A DNA stretch of 64,000 nt from an uncultured Planctomycetales bacterium. GTDB taxonomy: Bacteria > Omnitrophota > Gorgyraeia > Zapsychrales > JAHFFX01. The notes beneath the pieces were generated by a model that saw only the letters and a program-made list of their open reading frames with translations, ran no database searches and had not been told where the DNA came from. Shown in pieces: positions 63,787 to 64,000 of this stretch (its first letter is position 1; the number at the start of each line of letters is the position of its first letter). The position numbers and the translations under genes were made by a program. The stretch is taken from the NCBI GenBank assembly GCA_964464475.1, contig CAYXGG010000006.1, positions 16,305 to 80,304 on the forward strand, written 5' to 3'.

Positions 63787-64000
63787 AGCGCTAACCTCAA
63801 TCCCGGCCCCATGGTCGTAGAAAGAAAAACAGATTTAATCAAGTTTCCTTTAACAGCCGCCGTTTTAGAGGCGCTGACCGCATCAATGACCTGCTGGGCA
63901 TTTTTCACTAATTGATCTTTTGTAAAAGAACGCTTCCCAATACCGACATGAACTCCAGCCTGTTTGTCCGACTTAAATTCAATTTTACCCGCCTTAACTT
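63783..64000 (-). CDS. rplA: 50S ribosomal protein L1 (C-terminal part; runs off window end)
   Basis: Manual translation ...VKAGKIEFKSDKQAGVHVGIGKRSF...[13 protein letters not shown]. Confidence 0.97.
   Translation of the reverse strand, partial: VKAGKIEFKSDKQAGVHVGIGKRSFTKDQLVKNAQQVIDAVSASKTAAVKGNLIKSVFLSTTMGPGLRLAL

Overview
Gene-dense core chromosomal region of a bacterium, most likely PVC superphylum, probably Candidatus Omnitrophota. This is an inference from the PVC-signature small basic protein, no rpmD in the spc cluster, LPS-heptose genes, PilT/PilZ genes and Firmicutes-like synteny. Almost every gene is on the minus strand. The right 28 kb (35.7-64 kb) is a near-gapless rplA-rplJL-rpoBC-str-S10-spc-alpha supercluster. 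The left 35 kb holds housekeeping genes (aspC, pilT, icd, lipB, glycolipid genes, aroQ-pepQ-efp-accBC-asp23-amaP, pfk, gmhA, thiE, tRNA-Gly, nucleotide hydrolases, aroB, uvrB, coaX, groESL, guaB3); only exeA/exeB-like genes are on the plus strand. I saw no mobile element, prophage or CRISPR array. Best leads, all hypotheses: (1) tRNA-Gly nested in frame inside a possibly translationally coupled LysM/M23 ORF; (2) a (TTG)10 poly-Leu mini-ORF running into the terminator upstream of the double-CIRCE groESL promoter; (3) an L17 tail ending in a MinD-like amphipathic helix; (4) a SPOR membrane protein with a clamp-binding-like QFELF motif; (5) Pfk and HD-GYP proteins with degenerate catalytic motifs.
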